Shown here piece after piece: positions 18,642 through 28,555 of a stretch of DNA of 64,000 nt (its first letter is position 1; every line of letters starts with the position of its first letter). Both the position numbers and the translations under genes were made by a program. The notes under the pieces were generated by a model that was given only the letters and a program-made list of their open reading frames with translations, made no database searches and was not told where the DNA came from. Origin of the DNA: an uncultured Bacilli bacterium (GTDB lineage: Bacteria; Bacillota_I; Bacilli_A; RF39; UBA660); contig CAKOLL010000002.1 of assembly GCA_934096295.1 (NCBI GenBank), positions 136,966 through 200,965 on the forward strand, given 5' to 3'.

Positions 18642-19079
18642 ATGCCAAGTAAATATTTACCAATTGGTAGTGTTGTTAAATTAAAAGGTAATGATAAAAA
18701 GATAATGATTATAGGTTATTATGGGTTAGAATATGATAATTCTGTAAAAATATATGATTACATGGGATGTAGTTATCCAGAAGGATTATTAATTAAAAAT
18801 AATAACTATTACTTTGACCATGATAATATTACATCGGTAGTATTTTATGGTTATTTAGATTCATCTTTTAATAGTCTTAACTCTAATTTATTAGACCAAA
18901 GGGATGTTGAAAGTTTAGATACAGTTGATGAAGATAAAAAAACTGATATTCCTTTTGTGGATATAAAGTTAGATAATTTAGAAGAATTAAGTAAAGATGA
19001 TAATAGTAAAGTAGAAAATATTGTAGATGTTGAAATACCACATTATAAATTTGATGAGAATGGTATTATAATAAACTAA
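18642..19079 (+). CDS. DUF4176-like small protein
   Basis: N-terminus 'KYLPIGSVVKLKGNDKKIMIIGY' matches the characteristic LPxGSVV start of DUF4176 proteins. Confidence 0.45.
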   Translation: MPSKYLPIGSVVKLKGNDKKIMIIGYYGLEYDNSVKIYDYMGCSYPEGLLIKNNNYYFDHDNITSVVFYGYLDSSFNSLNSNLLDQRDVESLDTVDEDKKTDIPFVDIKLDNLEELSKDDNSKVENIVDVEIPHYKFDENGIIIN

Positions 19080-19142
19080 AGGAGAGTAAAATCTCTTTTA
19101 TTTTTCAATTAAATATAGTAAAATAACTGTGTGGTGATGGAA

Positions 19143-19859
19143 ATGAAAACTGTTTTTATATCTGGAGCTTCTCGAGGACTTGGGGCAAGTATTGCCAGAG
19201 TTTTTGCAAGTAATAAATATAATGTTATTATAAATTATAATAAAAGTGAATGGGAAGCAAATAGACTAAAAGAAGCATTAGAAAGTGAGTATAATATTAA
19301 TTGTTATGTATATAAGTGTGATGTATCAAATGAAGAAGAAGTTAAAGTAATGTTTGATAAAATTAAAAATGAAATTGGTAATATTGATTGTGTAGTTAAT
19401 AATGCAGGGATTGCAATAGATAATAGTTTTAGTGATAAAAGTGGTAATGAGTTTATGAATGTAATTAGTGTTAATCTTCTTGGAACATTTTTAGTAAGTA
19501 AATATTGTCTTGATGTTTTAAAAAGAGGAAATATAATTAATATTGCAAGTAATAATGTTTATACTGGTAGTTATATTGAAAGTATTGATTATGACGCTTC
19601 AAAGGCTGGGGTTATTAGCCTTACACATACTTTAGCAAAGTATTTAGCTCCGAATATTCGAGTTAATGCAGTTGCACCAGGTTGGATTTTAACTGATATG
19701 ACTGAGTCTCTTCAAGAAAAATTTAAATCTAGTGAAGAAGAAAAAATATTGCTAGGTAGATTTGGCAATCCAGAAGAAATAGCGGATGCTGTATATTTTT
19801 TAGCGAATAATCTATATGTAAATGATTGTATTTTAAGAATAGATGGAGGTATTAAATGA
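19143..19859 (+). CDS. short-chain dehydrogenase/reductase, 3-oxoacyl-ACP reductase-like
   Basis: 'VFISGASRGLGASIA' Rossmann TGxxxGxG, 'NNAG', catalytic 'YDASKAG' (YxxxK). Confidence 0.75.
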   Translation: MKTVFISGASRGLGASIARVFASNKYNVIINYNKSEWEANRLKEALESEYNINCYVYKCDVSNEEEVKVMFDKIKNEIGNIDCVVNNAGIAIDNSFSDKSGNEFMNVISVNLLGTFLVSKYCLDVLKRGNIINIASNNVYTGSYIESIDYDASKAGVISLTHTLAKYLAPNIRVNAVAPGWILTDMTESLQEKFKSSEEEKILLGRFGNPEEIADAVYFLANNLYVNDCILRIDGGIK

Positions 19860-21070
19860 ATAATGGTATAAAAAAAGCAGAAGATAAGTTAAAAGAAGTT
19901 TTTGCAAGTATTGATGATGTTTGTTTTTATAATAGTCAAAAAGTATTAAATGCTTTTTGGAAAGAAAATATTAGTGAAATGCATTTTAATTCTACGACTG
20001 GGTATGGATACGGGGATATAGGTAGAGATAAAATTGAAGCAGTATTTAAAGATATTTTTGAGACTGAAGCTGCTTTAGTTAGAAATCAGTTTATATCTGG
20101 GACTCATGCTTTATCGACGGCTTTCTTTGCTCTTTTGAGACCTGGGGATTTACTTTTATCTATTACTGGTAAACCATATGATACTTTAGATAGTGTTATT
20201 GGATTTAATGATAATCCAAGTAGTTTAAAATCTTTTGGAATTAAGTATGATCAAATTGATTTAGTAGATAATCATTTTGATTATGATGCAATAAGTAATT
20301 ATTTAAAGAATAATAAAGTAAAAGTAATAGAGATACAACGATCTATTGGGTATAGCAATAGAAAGAGCATAGGCATAGAGGATATTGAAGAAGTAATAAG
20401 ACTTGTTAAAGGTGTAGATGAAAATATAATTGTTATGATAGATAATTGCTATTGTGAGTTTGTTGGCAAGTTTGAACCTACTCAAGTTGGGGCTGATATT
20501 TGTGTTGGATCCTTAATTAAAAACCTTGGAGGAGGAATTGCTACGAATGGGGCTTATATTGTAGGTAGAAAAGATCTAATTAATTTATGTAGTGAAAGAT
20601 TAAATGTGGCTGGTGAAGCTAGTGAGGTTGGTCCGAGTTTAGGTGCAAATAAAATGTTTTTACAAGGATTATATATGGCACCTTCAGTTGTTGCAAGTGC
20701 CCTGAAAACATCTGTTTTAGCATCTTATCTTTTAGAAGATATGGGATATAATGTTAGTCCAAGATGGAATGAAGATAGAAATGATATAGTTTTAGCTATT
20801 ACTTTTAATGATAAAGATAAGTTAATACAATTTGTAAAAGGTATACAGATGGGAAGTGCTATTGATGCAAATGTTACTCCGGTAGCAGCAGATATGCCAG
20901 GATATGATGATCAAGTAATTATGGCATCAGGATCTTTTACACAAGGGTCATCAATTGAAATATCGTGTGATGGGCCATTAAGAGAACCATATATTGCATA
21001 TTTACAGGGGGGACTTACATATGAGTATGGCAAAATAGCATTAATGAAGGCTTTAGAAAAAATAATGTAG
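19856..21070 (+). CDS. YnbB/aluminium-resistance-family PLP-dependent (Cys/Met metabolism-like) enzyme
   Basis: N-terminal 'FYNSQKVLNAFWKENISEMHFNSTTGYGYGDIGRDKIE' typical of the YnbB family. Confidence 0.55.
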   Translation: MNNGIKKAEDKLKEVFASIDDVCFYNSQKVLNAFWKENISEMHFNSTTGYGYGDIGRDKIEAVFKDIFETEAALVRNQFISGTHALSTAFFALLRPGDLLLSITGKPYDTLDSVIGFNDNPSSLKSFGIKYDQIDLVDNHFDYDAISNYLKNNKVKVIEIQRSIGYSNRKSIGIEDIEEVIRLVKGVDENIIVMIDNCYCEFVGKFEPTQVGADICVGSLIKNLGGGIATNGAYIVGRKDLINLCSERLNVAGEASEVGPSLGANKMFLQGLYMAPSVVASALKTSVLASYLLEDMGYNVSPRWNEDRNDIVLAITFNDKDKLIQFVKGIQMGSAIDANVTPVAADMPGYDDQVIMASGSFTQGSSIEISCDGPLREPYIAYLQGGLTYEYGKIALMKALEKIM

Positions 21071-21114
21071 ATATAAATATTAAAATATGATAAAATGTTT
21101 AGGAGGTGAATCTT

Positions 21115-22380
21115 ATGTTTGTAGATGAATTAACTATTAAACTTATGGCTGGTTCTGGAGGAGATGGATGTACTTCTTTTAGAAGAGAAAAATTTGTGCC
21201 AATGGGAGGACCTGATGGTGGAAATGGAGGCCGTGGTGCTAGCATAATCTTTAAGGTTGATAAAAATTTAAAAACTTTAGTGGATTTAAGTTATAAAAAA
21301 ATAATAAAAGCTCCGAAAGGAGAAAATGGTAAAGGTTCTAATAAATATGGAAAGAATGCTGAGAATGTTATTATTTGTGTGCCTGAGGGAACTACGATTA
21401 TTAATTTAGAAAATAATGAGGTTATGGCTGATTTAATTAATGATGGTGAAGAGTTTGTTGTTGCTCTAGGTGGAAGAGGAGGCAAAGGTAATAAATCTTT
21501 TGCAACTCATGATGTCCCAGCTCCGAAATTTAGTGAAAAAGGAGAACCTGGTGAAGAAGTTCAGGTTAGACTTGAACTAAAAGTTTTAGCAGACGTTGGT
21601 TTAGTAGGTATGCCAAGTGTTGGAAAATCAACGTTACTTTCTGTAATAAGTGCATCAAAACCTAAAATTGCAGCATATCATTTTACAACATTAAATCCAA
21701 ATTTAGGAATGGTTAAGCTAAAAAATGGTAAAAGTTTTGTCATGGCAGATTTACCTGGATTAATTGAAGGTGCTAGTGATGGTGTTGGACTAGGAGTAGA
21801 ATTCTTAAAACATGCAATGAGAACTAGGATTATTGCTCATGTTGTAGATATGGGTTCTAGTGAAGGAAGAAATCCAATCGAAGACTATAAAATTATAAGA
21901 AATGAAATTGAAAAATATAGTGAACTATTAAAAAATAAAAAAGAGGTTGTTATTGCTACCAAAATGGATTTAGAGAATGGTAATAATAATTTAGAAAAAT
22001 TTAAGGAATCCTATCCTAATTTAGAGGTTATTCCAGTTAGTGCTTTTAATATGAGTGGAATAGATGAAATGATGAATAGGCTTATGGAAATATTAGATGA
22101 AACACCAAAAGAAGAATTGTACCCTAAAGAACAATTTAAGATATATAAGTTTGAAGATAATTTACCATATAAAATTAAAAGAGATGGTAATATTTGGATA
22201 GTTAGTGGTAAAGAAATTGAAACACTACTTCTTATGACAAAATTTAATGAAGATGAAGGAGTCTTGAGATTTGCCCGTAAGTTTAAGGGTATGGGTATAG
22301 AAGATGAATTAGAAAAAATGGGAGCCAAATCTGGAGATGAGGTGCAAATATTAGATTATATGTTTACCTTCAAGGGTTAA
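21115..22380 (+). CDS. obg: GTPase Obg/CgtA
   Basis: 'MFVDELTIKLMAGSGGDGCTSFRREKFVPMGGPDGGNGGRGASIIF' Obg fold N-domain; G1 'GMPSVGKST'; G3 'DLPG'; C-terminal OCT domain. Confidence 0.9.
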   Translation: MFVDELTIKLMAGSGGDGCTSFRREKFVPMGGPDGGNGGRGASIIFKVDKNLKTLVDLSYKKIIKAPKGENGKGSNKYGKNAENVIICVPEGTTIINLENNEVMADLINDGEEFVVALGGRGGKGNKSFATHDVPAPKFSEKGEPGEEVQVRLELKVLADVGLVGMPSVGKSTLLSVISASKPKIAAYHFTTLNPNLGMVKLKNGKSFVMADLPGLIEGASDGVGLGVEFLKHAMRTRIIAHVVDMGSSEGRNPIEDYKIIRNEIEKYSELLKNKKEVVIATKMDLENGNNNLEKFKESYPNLEVIPVSAFNMSGIDEMMNRLMEILDETPKEELYPKEQFKIYKFEDNLPYKIKRDGNIWIVSGKEIETLLLMTKFNEDEGVLRFARKFKGMGIEDELEKMGAKSGDEVQILDYMFTFKG

Positions 22381-22401
22381 GACATCATCTATTTTTAAAC
22401 C

Positions 22402-22443
22402 GTAACTAGAGTTTTTAGGTAATAATAAGACTCTAGTTTTTTT
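22402..22443 (+). terminator. terminator hairpin after obg (gtaactagag...ctctagttttttt)
   Basis: aactagag / ctctagtt arms with T7 run; copy of the arms used at 16918. Confidence 0.5.
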
Positions 22444-22666
22444 CTTGTCTTCAATAGATTTTATGTATTTAAATCTTGGCATATTTAGATATTTTAATAT
22501 GATTCTATTTTTTTCATTTATGATAAGACAATCAATTTCTTTTTTAGTAAATTTAAAATAACTATTTTTGTTTTTTAATATTTTAATTATTGTTGTGTTC
22601 ATGGTTAATTATATGAAATTTATTGATAAAATTTGCTATTTTTGTTATTATATAAATGGTGGTAAT

Positions 22667-23221
22667 ATGTTTGGCTATATAAAAGGTAATGTAACAGAAA
22701 TAAATAGTAATAGTATAATTATTGAAACGAATGGAATAGGATTTTTAGTATTTGTTCCAAATCCTTTTTGCTATGAAATAGATAAAGAATATAAAGTATA
22801 TGTATACAATAAAATTGGAGAAGATGAGTATAGTTTATATGGATTTAAAGAAAAAGAAGAATATGAATTATTTTTAAAACTTATTAGTGTTAAAGGTTTA
22901 GGTGCTAAACTTGCTTTACCAATACTTGCAACTGGTTCAATTAATGGTATTGTAGATGCTATTAATAGAGAAAATATTTTATATTTAACTAAGTTTCCTA
23001 AGATTGGAGAAAAGTTAGCTCGTCAAATTGTGCTTGATTTAAAAGGTAAAATAGATATTGAAGTTAGTGAAGAAGTGGTAGATGATACACAAGACTTGAT
23101 AGATACTTTAAGTGCATTAGGTTATAAAAATGCTGAAATTAAAAAAGTAATGGGACAAATAGATAAATCCAATTCTTTAGAAGAACAAGTTAAAGAAGCT
23201 TTAAAGCTTTTACTTAAGTAG
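22667..23221 (+). CDS. ruvA: Holliday junction DNA helicase RuvA
   Basis: 'MFGYIKGNVTEINSNSIIIETNGIGFLVFVP' canonical RuvA N-terminus; HhH region 'LISVKGLGAKLAL'; promoter TTGATA-17-TATTAT at 22623-22651. Confidence 0.85.
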   Translation: MFGYIKGNVTEINSNSIIIETNGIGFLVFVPNPFCYEIDKEYKVYVYNKIGEDEYSLYGFKEKEEYELFLKLISVKGLGAKLALPILATGSINGIVDAINRENILYLTKFPKIGEKLARQIVLDLKGKIDIEVSEEVVDDTQDLIDTLSALGYKNAEIKKVMGQIDKSNSLEEQVKEALKLLLK

Positions 23222-23228
23222 GTGAGTT

Positions 23229-23663
23229 ATGAAGAAAAATGGGTTTACTTTAGTGGAATTATTAGCTGTTATTGTAATCATGATTCTAATAATGACTATG
23301 GGAAGTGCTGGTATTGGAGTTTTAAAAGAAGGTATTAATAAAAGTATTTGGAATAATACAGTTGATTTAATTGAGAATGGTGCTAAAAGATTTTGTGATG
23401 ATAAGAAAACACAAATTATAAATTTAGATTCAACTAGTAATAAGTGTGTTATAAATAGTAAAAATTATGCTCCATGTTTAACTGTAACTGTTGATGATCT
23501 TCTTATGAAGAAATATATTAGTACTAAAGAATATAATGAAGGGAAAAAAGTTATTATTAATAAAACTATTGAAAAAGGTGAAACTGGTTATTATGTAAAT
23601 GATGCAAAAGTTTATATTTATGTTGAAAATGATGTTTGCTATGCAACATATGCTGGGTTATAA
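23229..23663 (+). CDS. prepilin-type (type IV pilin / competence pseudopilin-like) protein
   Basis: 'MKKNGFTLVELLAVIVIMILI' = class III signal peptide with G|FTLVE cleavage/methylation motif. Confidence 0.8.
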   Translation: MKKNGFTLVELLAVIVIMILIMTMGSAGIGVLKEGINKSIWNNTVDLIENGAKRFCDDKKTQIINLDSTSNKCVINSKNYAPCLTVTVDDLLMKKYISTKEYNEGKKVIINKTIEKGETGYYVNDAKVYIYVENDVCYATYAGL

Positions 23664-23685
23664 TAAAAATTTTAAATGAGGAAAT

Positions 23686-24255
23686 ATGGAAATAGTTAGA
23701 AAGACGATTTTAAATGATGATGTGTATTTAAGACAAGTTTCTCAAACTGTTGATTTTAATGATACGACATATAAAGAAGAAATTGAATTGCTAAAGAAAT
23801 TTTGTAATAAAACTGAATGTTTCGCTTTAGCAGCAGTTCAAATTGGTATACCAAAAAGAATAATTTACTTAAAAAATACAACACTTAATGTACCTCTTGA
23901 GAATATAAGTTATAACGAATAAAAAATTTTAATAAATCCACAGGTTATTTTTAAAAGAGGATGTACTAAATATTGGGAAGCATGTTTAAGTTGTTTAGAC
24001 TATATGGGGCTAGTAAAAGGACCTTATGAAATGAAAATTAAATATTATGATGAAAATGGTAATGAACATATTGAATATTTTGTGGGATTTGAAACTACTG
24101 TTTTATCCCGCGAACTGGACCATCTTGATGGTATTTTGCATATGGATGTAGCAGAAGAGGTTTTAGTTATGCCTAAATTAGAAAGAAAAGAGTTTAGAAA
24201 AACTCACCCTTATGAAATAATTTCTAAAATAGGTAATTATGATAATTATAAATAG
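23686..24255 (+). pseudogene. def: peptide deformylase paralog, degenerate, interrupted by in-frame TAA at 23920-23922
   Basis: ORFs 23686-23922 and 24004-24255 are in the same frame; joined translation gives Def motifs in order: 'FALAAVQIG' (GxGLAAxQ), 'EACLSC' (EGCLS), 'RELDHLDG' (HExxH with first His lost). Confidence 0.7.
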
Positions 24256-24297
24256 AATAAAAAAAGACTATTAGATGATTTTGTTTCTAATAGTCTT

Positions 24298-25572
24298 TTA
24301 TAATGTTTCAATTTCATCACTTTGAGTAATTTTTCCAATGAAAGCATTTTTTATATCTTCTTCATCTTCACCAATGTCGTCTTCAACATCTATGACACGA
24401 AGAATTTCATCAACACTTGTAAGCCCAGCAACAACTTTTTCTAGTCCATCTTCTAAAAGGCTTGTTACATCTGATTCTTTATATACTAAGTGTCTTAAAT
24501 CACTTTTTCTAACATTGTTGGTAATGGCATCTCTGATGTCTTGATTTAATTCTAATACTTCATGTAGAGCAATACGACCTGCGTAACCATTTATACATTC
24601 ACTGCATCCATGTGGAGTATATACTTCATTTACTTCTTTATGTAATACTTTTTCAAATAGTATTTTTTCATAATTTGTGGTTGGTCTACTTGTACGACAT
24701 TTTGAACATAACCTTTTAACTAATCTTTGAGAGATAATACCTGTTAGGGCACTACCTAATAAGTATCTTTCTACTTCCATGTCTAGTAATCTTTCAATTG
24801 TATTTAGGGAATTGTTGGTATGAATTGTAGATAATACTAAGTGACCTGTGATTGATGCTCGGACTGCTATACGGGCTGTTTCATCATCACGAATTTCTCC
24901 AATCATTATAATGTCTGGGTCTTGACGAAGGATACTTCTTAATGTTGCTCCGAAAGTAAGGCCGATATCACTCATTACTTGAACTTGATTTATACCTGCG
25001 ATTTTCATTTCCACGGGATCTTCAACTGTTATTATGTTTTTAGATACAGTGTTAAGAATTTGTAGCATACTATAAACTGTAGTTGATTTACCAGATCCGG
25101 TAGCCCCTGCTACTAAAATGATACCATTTGGCATTTTAATTAATTTATTTATTTTTTCAAGATTTTTTTCTGATAATCCTAAATTTTCTAAGCCAGAACT
25201 TGACATTGTATAATTTAAGATACGAATAACTATTTTTTCACCATCTACGATTGGTAGAGAAGATACACGAAGGTCTAAATCAACTTGATCGGTTAGATTT
25301 TTTATGGCTCCATCTTGAGGTAGTCGTGATTCAGTAATGTTCATACCACTTATGATTTTTATTCTGGTTAAAAGATTTTTTTTGACAAAAGCAGGGACTT
25401 TGGCATACTCTAATAACTCCCCATCAACTCTAATGCGGACATTAAGATAATCTTCAGTTGGATCAAAATGAATGTCTGATGCTTTTTTATTTATGGCATC
25501 AATAATCATTTCGTTTACGATATCAACAACAGGTTTATTTTCATAGTCAAAATCTCTAAACATCTGTATCAC
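24298..25572 (-). CDS. type II/IV secretion system ATPase (GspE/PilB/ComGA family)
   Basis: Walker A 'GATGSGKSTT', Asp box 'IMIGEIRD', His box 'GHLVLSTIHTN', C-terminal zinc-knuckle 'CSKC...CSEC'. Confidence 0.85.
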   Translation of the reverse strand: MIQMFRDFDYENKPVVDIVNEMIIDAINKKASDIHFDPTEDYLNVRIRVDGELLEYAKVPAFVKKNLLTRIKIISGMNITESRLPQDGAIKNLTDQVDLDLRVSSLPIVDGEKIVIRILNYTMSSSGLENLGLSEKNLEKINKLIKMPNGIILVAGATGSGKSTTVYSMLQILNTVSKNIITVEDPVEMKIAGINQVQVMSDIGLTFGATLRSILRQDPDIIMIGEIRDDETARIAVRASITGHLVLSTIHTNNSLNTIERLLDMEVERYLLGSALTGIISQRLVKRLCSKCRTSRPTTNYEKILFEKVLHKEVNEVYTPHGCSECINGYAGRIALHEVLELNQDIRDAITNNVRKSDLRHLVYKESDVTSLLEDGLEKVVAGLTSVDEILRVIDVEDDIGEDEEDIKNAFIGKITQSDEIETL

Positions 25573-25701
25573 ACAATTCCTTTATTCTTTTATTATTATA
25601 CACTATATTTTAATTTTCTACAATGTATAATTGATAATTTTTTGAAAAATTTTAAGTTGTGTAAAGAATTTAATAAAAGCAAGGTTGTCACACGTTGATG
25701 A

Positions 25702-25735
25702 TTGACAAAAAATAATAAAATATGTTAGAATGTAT
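25702..25735 (+). promoter_or_regulatory. orphan plus-strand promoter (TTGACA-17-TTAGAAT) with no CDS downstream
   Basis: ttgaca aaaaataataaaatatg ttagaat read directly; flanked by ttgtca...tgacaa inverted repeat. Confidence 0.35.
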
Positions 25736-25853
25736 TTAGCAAAAGAAATTTGCATAAAATAAAAATAGAACATTCAATTTAACATGTTGGATGTTACCAT
25801 AGTTGGTTGCATCTAAATCAACATAGTTGATTTAGATGCTTTTGCTTTTTTAC
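25736..25853 (+). ncRNA. candidate small RNA (promoter-to-terminator unit, ~110 nt)
   Basis: Promoter-like hexamers and an orphan terminator 70 nt apart in a 590-bp ORF-free region; no ORF >10 codons. Confidence 0.3.
25808..25853 (+). terminator. strong plus-strand rho-independent terminator with no upstream plus-strand gene
   Basis: gcatctaaatcaac-ata-gttgatttagatgc (14-bp perfect stem) + ttttgctttttt. Confidence 0.7.
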
Positions 25854-26165
25854 TATTATAAATAATATAATTAATAAAAAGATTATGATGCTGAATAGCA
25901 TCAAGATAAAAATATCTTTAGTATTCATTCACATCAGAATGTAAATATTAGCAATAAAATGTTGCTAATATTATTTAATATTTAAGTAGTTGTTCGTGGT
26001 AATGAATGAACGCTTTTATTTTGCGTAATGAAGGCGTTATAAAGAAAAAAATATTAGTTGACTTACAAATATTTGTTTGCTACAATTAAATTGTACAAAT
26101 TGATAAAATGGTGTTGGATATTTTATAGTTTTGTTATATAATAAATCTAGTGTGTAAGGTGGTGT

Positions 26166-26714
26166 TTGAAATTGAATATAGGAATAGATATAGATAATAC
26201 ATTAACAAATACAAGTATTATTTCAAATACCTTACTAAAAAAAAGTAATTTATATAATGGAGTATTAGATTATCATGAATTAAGTCCAAGTGATGCAAGA
26301 AAGTTTTTGACTGATTGTCTTTTGGATATTGTTTGGAATGTTAAAATAAAAGAAGATGCGTTAGAGGTTTTAAAACATTGGAAAAGTAAAGGATATAAAT
26401 TAATATTTATAACTGCTAGAGGAACAGAAGATACTAGTGAGAAAATTCATATTAATTCTATTTGTTTAACTAGTTTATATTTTATAATTAATAAAGTTGA
26501 TTTTGATGGGTTAGTATTTTTTCAAGAAGATAAAAGTAATGTATGTAAGAAATATAATATAGATGTATTTATAGATGATAAAGAAAAAGTACTAGATGAG
26601 ATAAAAAATGAGGGTATTAAAACAGTTAGAATTACAAATGATGAAATAAGTAATCATAAGATAGTGCGTAATTGGCAAGAGATTAAAGATTATGTTGATA
26701 GTTTGGGGGAGTAA
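26166..26714 (+). CDS. HAD-superfamily hydrolase (5'-nucleotidase/phosphatase-like)
   Basis: Motif I 'IGIDIDNTL' (DxDxT), motif 'FITAR', C-terminal 'DVFIDDKEK'; promoter TTGACT-17-TACAAT at 26059-26087. Confidence 0.6.
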   Translation: MKLNIGIDIDNTLTNTSIISNTLLKKSNLYNGVLDYHELSPSDARKFLTDCLLDIVWNVKIKEDALEVLKHWKSKGYKLIFITARGTEDTSEKIHINSICLTSLYFIINKVDFDGLVFFQEDKSNVCKKYNIDVFIDDKEKVLDEIKNEGIKTVRITNDEISNHKIVRNWQEIKDYVDSLGE

Positions 26715-27722
26715 ATGATGGATGAAAGATTAATAGATGCAAATCCTACATATGAAGATATATTTGATAAGAATATAAGACCCGAGTATTTAGAAGAATA
26801 TGTAGGTCAAGATAAAATAAAATCAAATTTAAAAGTATTTATTGAAGCTGCTAAAATGAGAGATGAACCTTTAGATCATGTTTTATTATATGGGCCTCCA
26901 GGACTAGGTAAAACAACACTTGCTCATATAATTGCTAATGAACTTGGGAGTAACTTAAAGACTGCTACTGGTCCAGCGATTGAAAAAAGTGGAGATTTAG
27001 CGGCGATACTTTCTAATTTAGAGCCTGGTGATGTTTTGTTTATAGATGAAATACATAGAATTCCAGCATTTGTTGAGGAAATTCTTTATTCTGCGATGGA
27101 AGACTTTACAATAAATGTTGTGATTGGTTCTGATGGTAAAAGTAGATCCATAAAAATTGATTTGCCACCATTTACTTTAGTAGGAGCAACGACAAGAGCG
27201 GGAGATTTATCGAGTCCTTTGAGAGATAGATTTGGAATAGTTAATAAGCTTGAGTTTTATACGAATGAAGAACTTGCTAGTATTGTAAAGAGAACTAGTA
27301 AAGTAATGAGTATGAATATTACGGATGATGCAGCGATTGAACTTGCAAGAAGAAGTCGTAAGACTCCGAGAATTGCCAATAGATTATTTAAAAGAGTTAG
27401 AGATTTTGCTTTAGTTGAAGGTGATGGATTAATTGATTTAGATATTACATTAAAAGCATTAGATAGATTAAATGTAGATAAGTATGGATTAGATAATATA
27501 GATATAGAGTATTTACAAGCATTAATAAGTAAGTTTAATGGAGGCCCGGTGGGAGTTGAAACAATATCTACGGCGATTGGAGAAGAAATTTCGACGATTG
27601 AAGATGTTGTGGAACCATTTTTGTTACAAGAAGGTTTTATTAAAAGAACGAGAAGTGGAAGAGCAGCAACGGAACTTGCTTATAAGCATTTGGGTATAGA
27701 TCATAATATGACTTTATTTTAG
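26715..27722 (+). CDS. ruvB: Holliday junction DNA helicase RuvB
   Basis: '[14 protein letters not shown]' Walker A, 'LFIDEIHR' Walker B, sensor motifs; full-length 335 aa. Confidence 0.95.
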   Translation: MMDERLIDANPTYEDIFDKNIRPEYLEEYVGQDKIKSNLKVFIEAAKMRDEPLDHVLLYGPPGLGKTTLAHIIANELGSNLKTATGPAIEKSGDLAAILSNLEPGDVLFIDEIHRIPAFVEEILYSAMEDFTINVVIGSDGKSRSIKIDLPPFTLVGATTRAGDLSSPLRDRFGIVNKLEFYTNEELASIVKRTSKVMSMNITDDAAIELARRSRKTPRIANRLFKRVRDFALVEGDGLIDLDITLKALDRLNVDKYGLDNIDIEYLQALISKFNGGPVGVETISTAIGEEISTIEDVVEPFLLQEGFIKRTRSGRAATELAYKHLGIDHNMTLF

Positions 27723-27733
27723 GGAGGATGTAA

Positions 27734-28555
27734 ATGATTTTAGATGGTAAGAAAGTAAGAGATGAATTATTAATTTTATATAAAGAAAAAATAAGTAAAG
27801 AAAACTTAAATATTACATTAGCTATTATATTAGTTGGAGATAATGAAGCAAGTAAATTGTATATTAAAAATAAAGAAAAATACTGTAGTATGGTAGGTAT
27901 TAATGTAAGAAAATATTTGTTGTCTAAAGATACTAGTGAAGAAGAAGTAATATATTTAATAAATAAGTTAAATGAAGATAATGATGTAACTGGTATTATA
28001 TTACAAAGTCCTGTGCCAGATGGAATTGATTTTGATAAATGTAGTGGACTTATAAAATCAAGTAAAGATGTAGATGGTTTTACAAAAGAAAATGTTTATA
28101 ATTTATATTTAAATAAAAAAAGTATTTTACCTTGTACAGTTAAAGGTATTATAAAATTATTAGATTATTATAATATTGAGATTGCTAGTAAGGATGTAGT
28201 AATAGTAGGAAGAGGTAATATAGTTGGTAAACCATTAGCTATGGCTTTAGAAAATAGAAATGCGACGGTTAGTTTGCTTCATAGTAAGACAAAAGATTTA
28301 ACTAAATATACTAAATGTGCTGATATAGTTGTGATGGCTTGTGGAGTAGCTAAGTTACTTAAAGCTGATATGGTAAAACAAGGAGCTATTGTTATAGATG
28401 TAGGAATATCTAGAGATAATAATAAGGCCCTTGGAGACATAGATTTTGATGGTGTTAAAGATGTGGCATCATTTGTTACGCCAAACCCTGGTGGTGTTGG
28501 ACCAATGACTGTTGCGATGATTATAGATAATTTAATAGAAATGAGTGAGGTTTAA
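27734..28555 (+). CDS. folD: bifunctional methylenetetrahydrofolate dehydrogenase/cyclohydrolase FolD
   Basis: 'MILDGKKV...' , 'VVIVGRGNIVGKPLAMAL', 'PNPGGVGPMTVAMI' typical FolD. Confidence 0.9.
   Translation: MILDGKKVRDELLILYKEKISKENLNITLAIILVGDNEASKLYIKNKEKYCSMVGINVRKYLLSKDTSEEEVIYLINKLNEDNDVTGIILQSPVPDGIDFDKCSGLIKSSKDVDGFTKENVYNLYLNKKSILPCTVKGIIKLLDYYNIEIASKDVVIVGRGNIVGKPLAMALENRNATVSLLHSKTKDLTKYTKCADIVVMACGVAKLLKADMVKQGAIVIDVGISRDNNKALGDIDFDGVKDVASFVTPNPGGVGPMTVAMIIDNLIEMSEV

Noticed and set aside
22351-22602. 83-aa minus-strand Lys-rich ORF between obg and ruvA
   Set aside because: Overlaps the obg 3' end and contains the obg terminator hairpin and ruvA promoter region. Composition looks like translated AT-rich intergenic DNA. 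Kept only as very low-probability.
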